Assembly: GCA_043228905.1 (NCBI GenBank) | Contig: JBHGNT010000021.1 | Coordinates: 9,796,001-9,860,000, forward strand | Direction of reading: 5' to 3' | Length of the DNA: 64,000 bases | DNA from: Azolla caroliniana | Taxonomy: Eukaryota > Plantae > Polypodiophyta | Shown: positions 60,991 to 64,000 of the stretch, in pieces | Numbering within the stretch: the first letter of the stretch is position 1 | Layout of the letters: the number at the start of each line of letters is the position of its first letter | The notes under the pieces: generated by a model | The model's database searches: none | Told to the model about the DNA's origin: nothing | What the model saw: the letters and a program-made list of their open reading frames with translations, nothing else | Program-made: the position numbers and the translations under genes

Positions 60991-63900
60991 TTGCAAGAGA
61001 AAAGGCCGTATTCGACTTATATAAGGTCTAGGGTGATACAAGTAGGAAACCAAATATTAGAATTACAAAAGGTTTCCGCAGAATTTACTTACCATAATAT
61101 AGCATCTGAATGGGCAGAGTCAGGAGATAAAGTAAATAAAATGTTTTTTAAAATGCATAATTTCCATAAGTCTACGGCTAGGATTTCCCAGTTAAAATGT
61201 CCAGATGGCTCTTTCACCAATGATGCTAGTCAGATGCGGCAAATAGCCTCTGAATATTATGATAATTTGTTGAAGGCTCAATCCTTTTCTATTGGCGATT
61301 TAGCTAAAAGAGATATTATATGGTCCAGAATTCAACATAAAGTGCCTGTTCAACTTTCCGAACGTCTTTTGCAACCACTAAGTCCTCAAGAGGTTTTTAA
61401 AGCAGCAAAGTCCTTAGCAAAAGATGTTTGTCCTGGGTTGGATGGGTTGAGTGTCCAATGGTATTTACAATATTGGGATTTGATAGGTGAGGGACTAACT
61501 AGAGCTTATCAACAGGTTTTAGATTCGGGATATATGCCCCAAGAATGGAATGATGGTTTAATCTATATGATTCCCAAAGCCGGTGGTCAGTTAGAGGAGC
61601 TTCGGCATTGGAGGCCAATTACTTTGTTAAACATTCTTTATAAGATATTAGCCAAAACGTTAGCTAAACGTTTACAACCTTATCTTTCTGAACTGATTCA
61701 TGATTCTCAGACAGGTTTTATACAAGAGCGAAGTATTTTTGATAATATTATTCTTTTTTGGGAGATGGTAGCTTTTGCTGAAGGACAGAATCAAGAGTTG
61801 GCAGTGTTATTTCTGGATTTCGAAAAAGCTTATGACAGAGTCGACTGGAATTTCATGGAGGGGACTTTGCTTAAGATGGGTTTTCCAAACAATTGGATAC
61901 GGGGAGTTTCAGCATTATATCGTAATGCACATAGTTCGGTTTTATTTGCAGGGGATATTGGTAGGCGTTTCTCTATTTCAAGATCAGTAAGACAAGGATG
62001 TCCACTTGCTCCTTTTTTGTTTTTATTAGTATCTGAAGCGTTTTCTATATATTTAAATTCTCAGCAGGTTAATATAAAAGGTCTAGCATTGCCATTTGCA
62101 GATGCTAGCGTTGATAGTGAGTTTGCTGATGATACAGCTCTTTATATTCACGCCTCACAATTTAATTTGGTGCAGGTTCAAAAAGCTGTGGATGACTTCG
62201 CAGATGCATCGGGTGCAGTGATCAATTGGGATAAGTCATCAGGTTTTTGGGTGGCTTCGGGAAACCCTCCAGTTAACGCGCCTAGCGCAGGTTTCTCGTG
62301 GATTCCGAAAGGACAGTCCATTAGGTATCTAGGATGTAGAGTAGGGTTAGGAATAAAGGTAGATGATATGATTGCGCCCTTATTGGTAAGATTAAGAAAT
62401 AAGCTAATATATTGGAAGAAGGAAAGGTTATCCTTAGCTGGACGTGTAGTTGTTGCTAATTCTGTGCTTTTATCATCTGTTTGGTATATAGCCTCTACAT
62501 GGTTGTTTTCTAGGTCCATTATGCTTAGAGTTCAACGTCTAGTACGGAATTTTATTTGGGGAAATGATACGGTACACAATACTATAGCAAAGGTAGCTTG
62601 GTCGGTTCTTATACAACCCAAACATAAAGGAGGTTTAGGTTTGATTGATCCTTTCATGCAAAGTAAAGCATTACTTGTTAAACATGTTGTTAGGTGTTTA
62701 TTGCCTGGACAAGAGTTATGGAAAAAGTTTTGGATGTGTCATTTATATAAATTAAAACCATCGGTTGGTGGTAATTGGCGTGATAGTCTTAGATGGTTCT
62801 TTAATTCAGATTTTCCGCTGTCTAAATCGACAGTTGGGTCCTTTAGTTTTTTTAATGGCATTCTAAGGGCATGGGAAAGTATTCGTCGAGCGCTGGTTTT
62901 TTTGCCACCAAAAACATATCATCAATTAATGCGTCAGCCGTTGTTATGGAATCCTTTGTTTACTGATGAAGCGGCATGTGTCTTAGGTTTACGACCCAGG
63001 TTATCTTGGGCTGCAATGGATAATGGACCAGCTCGTACGGTTGCGGATTGGATTGCTTTCCTGCAGACTTCAGTGCAAGACCAAAAGAGTAGGGTGTCTA
63101 ATTTCAGAGGGGCAAACATTATGATAACTCAAGTGTCAACGGTGTATCAGGTAACATTACCAACTTTGAGTTTTGGTCATTGTTTGAATTGGTATGGTAT
63201 GTTTTCGAGATTAAATATACTAATAGGAGCTCGTCTGTATACTCAAAATGGTAGCCTTTACTTTTATGAAGTTTGCGATAATGGTGGGTTGTTGGTAGTG
63301 GAGGAGGAGTCTTCAATTGTGTCTTCTGCCAGGCAGCTGCCAGTGAGAGTAATAGCTAGGTTGGGAAAAAAGATATTTATAGATCCTAATCCACTAATTG
63401 CTAAGTATTCATCTCATATATGGGTTTTAAATTCTAGACCAATTGTTGATTTGCAGTGGGATCCATTAGATTATGGTTGGAAGTTACCAATGTCTGATAG
63501 TACGAAAGAGAAAGTTCTTCCATTTTTTGCATATTCTGTGTCACTGGGTAGGAAGTTTTTGTTAAATGAGATAGAGTCAATTCCGGCAGGAAAAAAATAT
63601 TGGGAGGAAGGTAATGTCTCATCTACATATATGTTGAAGTTTTGGAAACACCTTTGGTCGCTTAAATGTATGAACAAGGTATTGCACTTTCGATGGTTAA
63701 TGATTCATTATGCATTGCCAGTAGGAGCTTTATTGAGGGGAACAATACCTGATCGATCATGTGGTAGGTGTGGCTGGGCATATGAGACATTACATCATGC
63801 TTTTTGGGAATGTGTTACGGCCAAATGTTTTTGGGCTCGTATTCTTAGGCTTTTAAGTCGTAAGTATAGGGCTACTAAATTCACGTGGGGTACAATCTTT

Positions 63901-64000
63901 TGGGGTACGTTGGATCAAGAAACTGTTTTTTATCATTATCATAATTCATCATTGACTTTACATGTGAAAAGTTTTCAGGTGTACGTTACGAATAGCTCCT
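60991..64000 (+). mobile_element. Young L1-clade LINE, 5'-truncated (no endonuclease); ORF2 open to the window end
   Basis: Frame +1: WAESGDKVNKMFF, CPGLDGL, WRPITLLNILYKILAK, QTGFIQERSI, DFEKAYDRVDW, RQGCPLAP, FADDT, zf-RVT CGRCG..ETLHHAFWEC; no stop found after 60972. Confidence 0.92.

Overview
Eukaryotic (plant, probably non-seed plant such as a fern; inferred from Tcn1-like chromoviruses, RTEX-like LINEs and iMet-primed copia elements) transposon-dense DNA with no recognisable host gene. Positions 1-44064 form one nested LTR-retrotransposon stack that can be reconstructed from LTR termini, TSDs and interrupted reading frames: an outer, chimeric copia (P/I) carries copia D, copia J and chromovirus M. 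D carries chromovirus A, copia B (with solo LTR C) and gypsy-type element E (with copia G and solo LTR H). J carries insert K and solo LTR L. M carries truncated LTR N, solo LTR O and an RTEX-like LINE, which in turn carries element F. Positions 44065-47845 are AT-rich, microsatellite-rich DNA. The rest is LINEs: a 5'-truncated L1 (-), a near full-length RTEX-like LINE, two more truncated copies, a copia remnant, and a young L1 whose ORF2 stays open for about 1000 codons to the window edge. The most striking observation is in two diverged gypsy-type elements (E, F) with different LTRs but a homologous extra coiled-coil ORF. Both lack a polypurine tract and instead carry, 2 nt before the 3' LTR, a sense-strand copy of a tRNA 3' end (T-arm plus ...GCGTGCCA), i.e. 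an inverted second PBS. This suggests a non-PPT, tRNA-related mode of plus-strand priming. All coordinates were read by eye.
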